From contig OZ251518.1 of NCBI GenBank assembly GCA_965242965.1, positions 3,712,001 through 3,776,000 on the forward strand: 64,000 nt of DNA. The letters run 5' to 3'. The notes under the pieces are model-generated. The model was given only the letters and a program-made list of their open reading frames with translations, made no database searches and was not told the origin of the DNA. This document shows, piece after piece, positions 48,388 through 57,683 of this stretch; position 1 is the first letter of the stretch; the number at the start of each line of letters is the position of its first letter. The DNA is from Candidatus Poribacteria bacterium. Lineage in GTDB: Bacteria; Poribacteria; WGA-4E; WGA-3G. The position numbers and the translations under genes are program-made.

Positions 48388-51300
48388 ATGCGAACAACAA
48401 AAACACTCAACATAAAACCGCACCACAAAGCGATAACCGTCTATTACGATGCGCTTGAGCGGTATCACCAGCACGGAGTCACCCACGAAACTGCCGGGCG
48501 CGCTGCTTTTCAAGCACTCCTTGAAGCCTGCGCGCGACAGAAGAATTGGACGCTCGTCTGTGAATACACGCTCCGACTTCCGGTGGGTTCGCGGGGGACA
48601 GACCCACGCGCTGCGGGGAAACACAGCACCCTCATCCGTCTTGACGGTGTCCTGCTTGACGCGTATAACCTCCCCTGCGGTACCTGGGAGGCGAAAGGCA
48701 TTCAAGGCAATCTGGCTACCGAAGCCCGGCGGAAGTTTGATGCCGGCTACCCCCAGGATAACATCCTCTTTCAAACCCCGGAACGTGCGATGTTGTATCA
48801 GCACGGAGCCCTCGTGCTTGACGAGGACATCACGAACCGGGAGAACCTCGTCGCTGTCCTCAAACGCTTTTTTGCCTACGAACGCGAACATGCCGCCGAG
48901 TGGGAAGCCGCTGTCACCGAATTTCGGGACATTGTCCCGGCCCTGAAGCGCGAGGCGGCGGAACTCATCCAAGCCCAACATCGCACGAGTGCCCGGTTCC
49001 AAACAGCCTTCGCCAATTTCCATCGGCTCTGCCAAGCAGCGATTAACCCGAACCTCTCCGAAGCAGCGGTGAAGGAGATGCTCATCCAGCACCTTTTAAC
49101 GGAACGAACGTTTCGCACCGTTTTTGGGAATCCGGACTTTACGCAGCGCAATATTATTGCACGCGAAATTGAGAAGGTTATCAGAGCACTCACCGAGGAT
49201 GCGTTCAGCCGGGACGAATTCCTCAAAAATCTGAACCCTTTCTACCAAGCGATTGAACGAGAAGCTGTCACCCTCGTCGATTTCTCGCAAAAACAGCACT
49301 TCCTGAATACCGTCTACGAACAGTTTTTTCAGGGCGATTCTGCTGAAATCGCCGATACGCACGGTATCGTCTATACCCCGCAGCCTATCGTCGATTTCAT
49401 GGTGAAGAGCGTGGACTATCTGCTCCAAACCAAATTCGAGCGTTCTCTGTCCGAGGCGGGCGTGCACATCATCGACCCGTTTGTGGGCACCGGCAATTTC
49501 ATCGTTCGGCTGATGCACGAGATAGACAGGTTCCAGTTAGAGGCAAAATACCGTTCGGAACTCTGGTGCAACGAGGTGTTGCTGCTGCCGTATTACATCG
49601 CGAGTATCAACATTGAGCACGAATTTTACGCCGCCATCGGAAAGTATCTCCCGTTTGAAGGCATCTCCCTTGTGGATACGTTTGATTTGGCGGAAGCCCG
49701 GCAGTTGTCGCTCTTAACGCAGGAGAATACCGCGCGCGTGGAGAGACAGAAAGCATCGCCGATGTTTGTCATCATCGGTAATCCGCCCTATAACATCGGG
49801 CAGAAAAACGAGAACGATAACAACAAAAACCGCAAGTATCCGACGATGGATAAGCGGGTGCGTGAAACCTACTCGCGCGACTCGGCTGCGGCCAGTAAAA
49901 AAGCCTTGGGGGATCTGTATGTCAAAGCGATTCGCTGGGCATCGGATAGAATCGGCGAAGCGGGGATTATCGCGTTCGTGACGAACCACAGTTTTCTTGA
50001 AGGCATCTCCTTTGATGGCATGCGGAAACATCTCGCGGCAGATTTTGACGCGCTCTATGTGGTAGACCTCGGGGGGAATGTCCGGCAAGGGCAACCGGGA
50101 GATGCGAATGTGTTTGGAATTCAGTGTGGTGTGTGCATTACCCTTTTTGTGAAAAGAAAACAGGCAACCCCCAAGTCGCCTCGCATCCTTTACAACGGGG
50201 AGACGCGACTCCAGAACAAATCGCAGACTTTTGAATTTTTGGAGAAATGCCAGCATGTAGGCAATGTGACGTGGCAGCAGATTCAACCTGATGCCAGACA
50301 TACATGGATTACCAGCGGCCTTCACTCGGAATTTGGCACGTTCGTTCCAATCGGCATCAAAAAAGCGAGGAAAGAAACCGATGCATCTGTCCCTGCGATT
50401 TTTCACAAATTCGGGCTCGGATTGCAAACGGCTCGGGACGCTTGGCTTTACAATTTTAACCACGACACCCTCATCCAAAACGTCAAGGCTACTATTGATA
50501 CCTACAACGCTCAGGTATTTGGTTGGGAGCGGCGAACAAATCCGGACATATCTGTTGATGATTTTGTCTTGGACGATGGAACAAAAATCAAGTGGAGCTC
50601 GGGGTTGAAAAGGAAACTGATGAGCGGACAAACCGCGGCATTTGCCGACGAGAAAATCCGGGAGGCAATCTACCGACCCTTCACGAAAACGAATCTGTTT
50701 TTTGACAGAACGCTCAATCATATCGTGTCCGTGTTTCCGAGCACTTTTCCGACACCAGCGACAGAGACAGAAAACCAGGTCATCTGGCTCAAAACCGGCA
50801 GGACCTGGCCGATGTTCGCGCTCATGGTAAACAAAATTCCCGACATACTTCCGCAAGGTGCCTCACAGTGCTTCCCCTTCTACGTCTACGATGAAGATGG
50901 CACTAACCGCCGCGAAAACATTACCGATTGGGCGTTGCAAAACTTCCGCGCGCATTACGGCGACGATGCCATCACCAAGTGGGACATCTTCAACTATACG
51001 TATGGCATCCTGCACCATCCTGGGTATCGCCAACGTTACGCGGCAGACCTGGGGCGCGATTTGCCGCATATCCCCTACGCCGAGGATTTCTGGGCATTTG
51101 CGAATGCCGGGGCGCAGTTAGCGGAGATTCACGTGAATTACGAGGCGCAGCCGCAATATCCGCTCACGTTCATCACGAAACCGGACGCACCACTCAATTT
51201 GCGCGTGGAAAAAATGCAATTGTCCAAAGACCGGACGCAACTGAAATACAACGAGTTTCTCACGTTGGCGGGAATTCCGGCGGCAGCGTTTGCGTATCGG

Positions 51301-51498
51301 TTAGGGAATCGTTCGGCGTTGGACTGGCTCATCGAGGGGTATCAGGTGAAGACAGATGATCGGAGTCAACTTGTCAACGATGCGAACAACGCGGCGAAGC
51401 CACGGTATATCGTGGAACTCATCGGTTCTGTCATCACGGTGAGTCTGAAGACGCAGGAGATTGTTGCAGGGTTACCTGAAATGTTCCGTGGTCCGTAG
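48388..51498 (+). CDS. N6-adenine DNA methyltransferase with type ISP-like C-terminal specificity domain (type IIG/ISP-like RM enzyme lacking a helicase)
   Basis: DG..WEAK nuclease-like N-terminus, GIVYTP, DPFVGTGNF, GNPPY, YRPF, YRLGNRSALDWLI; start ATG 48388. Confidence 0.88.
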   Translation: MRTTKTLNIKPHHKAITVYYDALERYHQHGVTHETAGRAAFQALLEACARQKNWTLVCEYTLRLPVGSRGTDPRAAGKHSTLIRLDGVLLDAYNLPCGTWEAKGIQGNLATEARRKFDAGYPQDNILFQTPERAMLYQHGALVLDEDITNRENLVAVLKRFFAYEREHAAEWEAAVTEFRDIVPALKREAAELIQAQHRTSARFQTAFANFHRLCQAAINPNLSEAAVKEMLIQHLLTERTFRTVFGNPDFTQRNIIAREIEKVIRALTEDAFSRDEFLKNLNPFYQAIEREAVTLVDFSQKQHFLNTVYEQFFQGDSAEIADTHGIVYTPQPIVDFMVKSVDYLLQTKFERSLSEAGVHIIDPFVGTGNFIVRLMHEIDRFQLEAKYRSELWCNEVLLLPYYIASINIEHEFYAAIGKYLPFEGISLVDTFDLAEARQLSLLTQENTARVERQKASPMFVIIGNPPYNIGQKNENDNNKNRKYPTMDKRVRETYSRDSAAASKKALGDLYVKAIRWASDRIGEAGIIAFVTNHSFLEGISFDGMRKHLAADFDALYVVDLGGNVRQGQPGDANVFGIQCGVCITLFVKRKQATPKSPRILYNGETRLQNKSQTFEFLEKCQHVGNVTWQQIQPDARHTWITSGLHSEFGTFVPIGIKKARKETDASVPAIFHKFGLGLQTARDAWLYNFNHDTLIQNVKATIDTYNAQVFGWERRTNPDISVDDFVLDDGTKIKWSSGLKRKLMSGQTAAFADEKIREAIYRPFTKTNLFFDRTLNHIVSVFPSTFPTPATETENQVIWLKTGRTWPMFALMVNKIPDILPQGASQCFPFYVYDEDGTNRRENITDWALQNFRAHYGDDAITKWDIFNYTYGILHHPGYRQRYAADLGRDLPHIPYAEDFWAFANAGAQLAEIHVNYEAQPQYPLTFITKPDAPLNLRVEKMQLSKDRTQLKYNEFLTLAGIPAAAFAYRLGNRSALDWLIEGYQVKTDDRSQLVNDANNAAKPRYIVELIGSVITVSLKTQEIVAGLPEMFRGP

Positions 51499-51551
51499 TC
51501 CCGACGCGTGCTGGAGCCTGTTCCCGGCACGATATCTGAGGAGGAAAAAAC

Positions 51552-51941
51552 ATGCAATTAACCAAACCCATACTAACCATCGCATTGATACTTTTATCGC
51601 TCAGCATCGGATGCGATAGGACGGACACAATCAACACCCTCATCACGCCCGGCGAGGAGAACACGGAGATTCTTATCATCGGGCCCTATACCGAAACCTG
51701 CCAAGGTCTCATCGAGCAAACCTGCTTCCTTGAATTCAACGAGGAGGCGCAAGAATGGCATCTTTTCTATGAAAACATTCAAGGGTTTGACTACGAGCCG
51801 GGGTTCATCTGGACGCTCAAGGTGAGGCTGGAAGACCGGGGAACCGAGATTCAGGATGTCGGACGCTACGCCTATCATCTCGTGGAGGTGTTGAGCAAGA
51901 AGGCGGCATCATCGGATGAGATGCCGCCGCCGATTCCGTAA
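51552..51941 (+). CDS. DUF4377-domain lipoprotein
   Basis: Lipobox SIGC; C..C..FYENIQGFDYEPGF..Y.LVEVLSK. Confidence 0.8.
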   Translation: MQLTKPILTIALILLSLSIGCDRTDTINTLITPGEENTEILIIGPYTETCQGLIEQTCFLEFNEEAQEWHLFYENIQGFDYEPGFIWTLKVRLEDRGTEIQDVGRYAYHLVEVLSKKAASSDEMPPPIP

Positions 51942-51948
51942 GTAATCT

Positions 51949-52262
51949 GAGGGTGTTTCATAAATCTGTGTAGAGTCCCCTTCACCGTAGGGCGAGGGCC
52001 TGTCCCTCGCCATGCCCGGACCCTATAAAAGACCGTAGTTCGGGAGCGCCCGCTCCCGAACGGGTCAAGATCAGGCGATCTTGACCTACAGAATGGGCCC
52101 AACGCTCGCGGGGGACAGGCCCCCGCGCTACGGGTACATCGAGACTAGAGGGCTCTCCTACAAGAACATCGCTGGCATCGAGACCAGGAGGTCTCTCCTA
52201 CCGGGGATACATCGAGCCCCGAGGTCTCTCCTACCGAACGCATCGATTTATGAAACACCCTC
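51949..52262. mobile_element. MITE-like cassette with REP cargo
   Basis: TIRs 51948-51962 and 52249-52263; flanks AAGTAATCT and AAATAATCT (8/9). Confidence 0.8.
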
Positions 52263-52298
52263 AAATAATCTCCGAAAAATCGCGCGTTGTAACCGCGC

Positions 52299-53120
52299 CT
52301 ACCGGCCGTGGATTGCCTGCAGATTGAGCCGCGCGGCGACATCGTCAGAGACAGCGTTCGTCCAATCGACATCCGCAACGCTTTGCAGGCTCATCAGCGC
52401 GACATCTACCAACGGGTTCGATAGGGAATAGTTCAACAGGAAACTATCCACGTCAACGGCTGCCATCTCGGTGGGAAAGCAGTGGCGCGTGAGATTTTGG
52501 AAGGCGTTGCTCGTTGTGGAACGCATCAGCACGATGCCCATTTCCTGCGCTTCGGCATCGGGGATAACGCCGCGCTTTCCGAACGCATCGCAGGTGCTTT
52601 GATACATCAGGTTGTAGTGGATTTGCATCATATCCAATTCGCCGGTGGCGATGAGTTGCTCCACACCACCCGAAGGCCCATCTGCAGAGAACCCAATAAA
52701 GCGAACCTTCCCTTCTTTTTTCAACTTCAGATACGCCGCTAATCCGCCGCCGTTCAAAATATGTTCGGTGTGTTCGGCATAGAACCATCCGCCGTGGAAT
52801 TGCAGGACATCGATGTAGTCGGTGCCGAGGCGTTGGAGGCTCCCTTCCACGTCGGCGGCGATGCCATTCGGCTCAAACGCCTCTGTCTTGGTAGCGACGA
52901 TGCATGCATCACGCCTGCCCGCAATCGCCTTGCCGATGACAATTTCGCTGTAACCGCCACCGTAGGTAGGCGCGGTGTCGAGATAGTTGATGCCGATGTC
53001 AAAGGCATAGTGGAGCATCTTAACGAGTTGCGTCTCATCGTGCTCGGGACGGACTCTGCCGCCGCCGTATCCAATTTCTGAGACGTTGATGCCTGTCTTG
53101 CCGAGGGTGCGGTATTGCAT
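52299..53120 (-). CDS. Aldo/keto reductase
   Basis: MQYRTLGKTG, DTAPTYG, SLQRLGTDYID, GKVRFIGFS; start ATG 53120 behind GGAGG. Confidence 0.92.
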   Translation of the reverse strand: MQYRTLGKTGINVSEIGYGGGRVRPEHDETQLVKMLHYAFDIGINYLDTAPTYGGGYSEIVIGKAIAGRRDACIVATKTEAFEPNGIAADVEGSLQRLGTDYIDVLQFHGGWFYAEHTEHILNGGGLAAYLKLKKEGKVRFIGFSADGPSGGVEQLIATGELDMMQIHYNLMYQSTCDAFGKRGVIPDAEAQEMGIVLMRSTTSNAFQNLTRHCFPTEMAAVDVDSFLLNYSLSNPLVDVALMSLQSVADVDWTNAVSDDVAARLNLQAIHGR

Positions 53121-53181
53121 CAGTAATCCTCCTATAGACGAGAGAGATGATATAGGCGCGGTTTGCAACCGCGCCTACTCC

Positions 53182-56100
53182 CTAAACGTAATCCATCTGC
53201 GAAGAAGCGCGGCTCTTATTTTGGCGGATAGTGCGGTTGCTCGGCTTGACACAATTCGCGCCGAATAACGCTTCCACCTTCTTAATAACCGGCGGTTCAT
53301 AATCGATGCCGTAGTCGGCACCGCACTGCACGATGACTTTGCCGAACTTCCGGCTCAGGAGGTGGAGAATCAGGCAATGCTCACCCTTGCTGTCTCGCGC
53401 AATCTTCTGGAGATTTTCCAATTTCTGGACGTTGTCAATGTCGGCTTCGGGGATAATTACCTCAACTGCCGAGGTCTGCTCGGCGATGACAGTTTTAATG
53501 TCGGAGAGCTGCTCGGCGAGGATTTGCCGTTCTTCCTGCGCCTCATTGTCACCGGAGCGGCCACCGTTTCGTCTGTTTTGCCCGACTGTGCCACGGAGCC
53601 ACACCACGTTCCCTTCTGCTAAAAGGTCAGATGCGGATTTATATGCATCCGGAAAAACGACGACTTCTACTGCCCCCTCGAGGTCTTCAAAACCGAGGGC
53701 TGCCATCGAATCCCCCTTTTTCGTGGTGAGGAGTTTCACCTCCGTTATCATCCCGGCGATGTAGATTTCGCTGCCGAGTGGATGTTCAACGAGGTTCTCC
53801 GTAGTCGCGTTGGTGAAGTTGTCGATAACGTCACTGTATTCTTCCAACGGGTGGCCAGAGACGTAAAAGCCGAGCTGCTCTTTCTCCTTCATGAGGCGTT
53901 CAAGCGGCTTCCATTCTTCGGTATCCGTGAAGGTGAAGGTGATGGCGGGTTTCTCCTCGATGTCGCCGAAGATACTCATTTGTCCGCGTTCTCGTTCTGC
54001 CTGAGCCGTCTGCGCTGCCTTCATGGCGCGTTCTACGTTTTCAAAGAGTTGCGCTCGGTGTCCTTCAAGCAGATCGAAGGCACCACTCATAATGAGGCTT
54101 TCAATGGCGCGCTTGTTTACCAATTTGGTATTGACGCGTTCGCAGAAATCCTGTAGGGATGTGAACGAACCTTCCTTCTCCCGGACTGCCACAAGTTCGT
54201 CTATCGCCGCGTCCCCGACACTCTTGATAGCGAGGAGTCCGAAAAGGATGTCATTGCCATCCACCGTGAAATCTTTCCGGCTGCTGTTGATGTCCGGCGG
54301 CAGTAGATTGATTTCAACATCGAGAAAATCGGCGAGTCTGGCGCATTCGGCGCGGTATCGCGTCATTTTCGGCGTGCTGCTTGCCTCCCCTGTCATCATG
54401 GCTGCCATGAATTCGTGCGGGTAGTGCGTCTTGAGGTACGCCATGCGGTAAGCCAACATAGCGTATGCAACCGAGTGCGATTTGTTGAAGGCGTAGCCGG
54501 CGAAGGGTTCAAGGAGATCGAACACCTCTTCTGCTTCCTTCCTCGCGATGCCGTTTTCTGTCGCGCCTTCCACAAATTTATCGCGCTGTGCGGCAAGCAG
54601 TTCCTCGTTCTTTTTCCCCATCGCCGAACGGAGGATGTCCGCCTCACCGAGTGTGAACCCCGCCATATCGCGCGCAATCTGCATTACCTGCTCCTGATAC
54701 ACACAGACACCATAGGTGTTCTGGAGCGCGTTCTCCAGCGATGGATGCATGTAAGTCACGGGTTCCAAGCCGTTCTTCCTATTGATGAACTGCTGCATCG
54801 TGCCGCTTTCAAGCGGACCGGGGCGGTAAAGTGCCGGAATCGCCGTGAACTCCTCAAACGTATCGGGTTTCAACTGCGTGACAACGCTATACATGCCCGG
54901 TGAATTTTCCAATTGGAATAAACCAGCAATCAACCCGCTGCTGATGAGCGAGTAAGTCGGTTTATCGTCAAACGGGATTTCTTCCAATTTGATGTCTTCG
55001 CCATGATTCTCGCGGATGAGGTTAAGACAGTCGTAAGTCTCGGTAAGGCTCCGCACGCCGAGGGAATCGAACTTGACGATGCCGACATCCTCAACCGTTT
55101 TGCCTTCAAACTGCGTGGCGACTTGCCCATGTTTATCCTTGAAGAGTGGCACGTGGTCTGCAAGGCGGCCGTTTGAAACGACAATAGCAGAGGCGTGGCA
55201 CGACACATGCCGTTTCATGCCTTCAACAGATCTGCTGAGTTCGATCAGCTCCCGATTTTCAGGTTTGTTGGCGAGTGTCTGGAATTCAGGAACCTGTTCC
55301 AACACATCGTCCAGCGTGATTTTGGGAATCTCCGGGATCAGCCGCGTCAGTTTTTTCACCTCGCTCATGTCCATCTCTAACGCGCGGCCGACATCCTGAA
55401 TCGCTGATCTCACGCCGAGCGTCGCAAACGTCGCAACCTTTCCGACAGAGTCTTCGCCATATTTTTGGACGAGATACTTGATGACATGCTCCCGCGCCCG
55501 GTCGGCGAAGTCGATATCAATGTCGGGTGGACTGATGCGTTCGAGGTTGAGGAACCGCTCGAACAGGCAGTCGTAATCCATCGGGTTAAAGGTGATTACG
55601 CCGAGGGCATACAGCACGAGACTGCCGGCGGCGGAGCCGCGCGCCGAGAGCGGGTATCCCTGTTGGTTTGCGTAGTTGACGTAATCCCACACGATGAGGA
55701 AATAGCCGGAATAGCCGGTCTGCTTGATAATATCCAGTTCGTAGTCTAGCCGATTGCGTATCTCTTCGGAGAGGTGTCCGCCATATTTTTTTCGGAGCCC
55801 TTCATAGCAGAGTTCCTTGAGATAGGTGTCGTTTGTATGTCCTTCCGGTACCTCATACGTCGGCATCAGGCTTTGCCCGTAGTCAAGTTTGAGGTTGCAC
55901 CGATTCGCGATTTCCAGCGTGTTGCTGATAGCCTCCGGTGGGAAATCCTTCAGCACCTCGCGCATCTCGTCAATGTTTTTGAAGTAGAAGTGGTTGTCAA
56001 ACTGCAGCCGTCCCTCGTCGTTGACGGTTTTCTTAGTCTGGATGCAGAGGAGGACATCGTGCATACGATGGTCTGTTTTCCGGAGGTAGTGGCAGTCATT

Positions 56101-56712
56101 CGTGCCGACAAGCGGCAGATTGTATTCCTGCGCCAACTGCACCATTACCGGGTAGGCGGCTTTTTCCTTGTCAATGTAGTGGTTTTGCACCTCAACGTAG
56201 AGGTTGCGTTCACCCATAATCTCCTTCAATTCCCGGAAGTTCTTAACCGCTTCGTCACGCTTGTTTGAAGAGAGGAGTTGCGGCACCTGTCCTTGGATGC
56301 ATCCGGTGAACGCGATGATGCCGCCGTGGTATTCCCGCAAGATTTCCATGTCGATACGCGGTTTGCTGTAGAACCCTTCGGTGTATCCGAGCGACACCAA
56401 CTGGAGGAGGTTCTGATAGCCGGTTGCGTCCTCGGCGAGCAGCGTCAAATGATAGGGCCCGCCTTGGCCTTTCCCGCGTATTGTTCTGTTTCCGGGTGCG
56501 ACATACACTTCGCATCCGACGATGGGATTGACACCGGCAGCTGTCGCTTTCGTGTAAAGTTCCCATGCGCCGAACATGTTACCGTGGTCGGTCAGTGCGA
56601 CAGCGGGCGCGCTGTTCTCCACCGCCCACTGCACCATATCCGAGATGCGGCACGCGCCGTCTAGCATGCTATATTCGCTATGATTATGTAAATGGACAAA
56701 TTCTGAAGACAT
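53182..56712 (-). CDS. dnaE: DNA polymerase III alpha subunit
   Basis: HLHNHSEYSMLDG, TDHGN, RGSAAGS, FERFLN.ERISPPDIDID, YAFNKSH. Confidence 0.98.
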   Translation of the reverse strand: MSSEFVHLHNHSEYSMLDGACRISDMVQWAVENSAPAVALTDHGNMFGAWELYTKATAAGVNPIVGCEVYVAPGNRTIRGKGQGGPYHLTLLAEDATGYQNLLQLVSLGYTEGFYSKPRIDMEILREYHGGIIAFTGCIQGQVPQLLSSNKRDEAVKNFRELKEIMGERNLYVEVQNHYIDKEKAAYPVMVQLAQEYNLPLVGTNDCHYLRKTDHRMHDVLLCIQTKKTVNDEGRLQFDNHFYFKNIDEMREVLKDFPPEAISNTLEIANRCNLKLDYGQSLMPTYEVPEGHTNDTYLKELCYEGLRKKYGGHLSEEIRNRLDYELDIIKQTGYSGYFLIVWDYVNYANQQGYPLSARGSAAGSLVLYALGVITFNPMDYDCLFERFLNLERISPPDIDIDFADRAREHVIKYLVQKYGEDSVGKVATFATLGVRSAIQDVGRALEMDMSEVKKLTRLIPEIPKITLDDVLEQVPEFQTLANKPENRELIELSRSVEGMKRHVSCHASAIVVSNGRLADHVPLFKDKHGQVATQFEGKTVEDVGIVKFDSLGVRSLTETYDCLNLIRENHGEDIKLEEIPFDDKPTYSLISSGLIAGLFQLENSPGMYSVVTQLKPDTFEEFTAIPALYRPGPLESGTMQQFINRKNGLEPVTYMHPSLENALQNTYGVCVYQEQVMQIARDMAGFTLGEADILRSAMGKKNEELLAAQRDKFVEGATENGIARKEAEEVFDLLEPFAGYAFNKSHSVAYAMLAYRMAYLKTHYPHEFMAAMMTGEASSTPKMTRYRAECARLADFLDVEINLLPPDINSSRKDFTVDGNDILFGLLAIKSVGDAAIDELVAVREKEGSFTSLQDFCERVNTKLVNKRAIESLIMSGAFDLLEGHRAQLFENVERAMKAAQTAQAERERGQMSIFGDIEEKPAITFTFTDTEEWKPLERLMKEKEQLGFYVSGHPLEEYSDVIDNFTNATTENLVEHPLGSEIYIAGMITEVKLLTTKKGDSMAALGFEDLEGAVEVVVFPDAYKSASDLLAEGNVVWLRGTVGQNRRNGGRSGDNEAQEERQILAEQLSDIKTVIAEQTSAVEVIIPEADIDNVQKLENLQKIARDSKGEHCLILHLLSRKFGKVIVQCGADYGIDYEPPVIKKVEALFGANCVKPSNRTIRQNKSRASSQMDYV

Positions 56713-56715
56713 TTT

Positions 56716-56734
56716 GTTGTTCCTAGCGGTTGTT
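56716..56734 (-). promoter_or_regulatory. 19-nt leader motif shared with obgE
   Basis: Reverse complement reads AACAACCGCTAGGAACAAC, 3 nt before the dnaE ATG. Confidence 0.6.
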
Positions 56735-56989
56735 CAGCTCCTTCTGTGCTGATATGATGGATTGACTTACCAGACTGCATCGCCGTTGGGCGCGGCTTGC
56801 CTCTCATCACGTGAGGTGAGGGACAAGTCCTCGCGCGCCGTTAGCAGAGACATTATGCCTGTTGTGAGATGTTTGCACGTTTCATGTTATGATAGCAAAA
56901 ATCGGATAAAATTTCCATAACATTTTTGTTTTCGATAAGGTTCGCGAGGGACAAGATTGCGCGCTGCGTCTCAGGATGTTCCCCTTCAC

Positions 56990-57572
56990 TGTAGTGCGAG
57001 GGCCTGTCCCTCGCCATGCTTCGGGTTACCCAACGATCGCGGGGGCCTGTCCCCCGCGCTACGGTATCGGGCGTGTTTCTTGGCAGCAGCCCGGCCCCCT
57101 TCATCGTAGTGCGAGGGCCTGTCCCTCGCCATGCTTCGGGTTACCCAACGATCGCGGGGGCCTGTCCCCCGCGCTACGGTATCGGGCGTGTTTCTTGGCA
57201 GCAGCCCGGCCCCTTCCCCGTAGTGCGAGGGCCTGTCCCTCGCCATGCTGCGGTCTACCGGAAGTTCGCGGGGGAAACCCGCTCGGATGCGCGTGTGGCA
57301 TCCGAGGGCCCCCGCGCTACGGTACTGGGCGGGTTTCTTCACGATCGCGGGGGACAGGCCCCCGCGCTACGGTATCGGGCGGGTTTCTTGGCAGCAGCAC
57401 GGCCCCCTTCCTCGTAGGGCGAGGGCCTGTCCCTCGCCATGCTGCGATCTACCGGAAGTTCGCAGGGGACAGGCTCTTTTAGGTTCGTAGGACTTTAATA
57501 ATGTTTATAGTGTAGCATCGAGACTAGGAGGTCTTTCCTACCGGGAAGGCATTGATATATGAAACCCCTCGT
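56990..57572. repeat. Tandem REP doublets (BIME/REPIN-like, ~115-nt unit) ending in a degenerate TIR
   Basis: The unit starting GTAGTGCGAGGGCCTGTCCCTCGCCATGC recurs at 56991, 57106 and 57220. Confidence 0.9.
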
Positions 57573-57580
57573 TTTTTAAC

Positions 57581-57609
57581 TTGACACATCGCGTCAGACT
57601 TGCTATAAT
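57581..57609 (+). promoter_or_regulatory. Consensus sigma-70 promoter with extended -10
   Basis: TTGACA-N17-TATAAT, with TG at 57601-57602. Confidence 0.85.
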
Positions 57610-57683
57610 AATTACATCATTTACTGACGCTTTGCACCACTCCGAAAAAACACAAAAAAAACACTTCGTGCCACGACAACATA

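Noticed and set aside
53182-56712. Intein in DnaE
   Set aside because: Normal length, and no intein terminal or LAGLIDADG motifs seen
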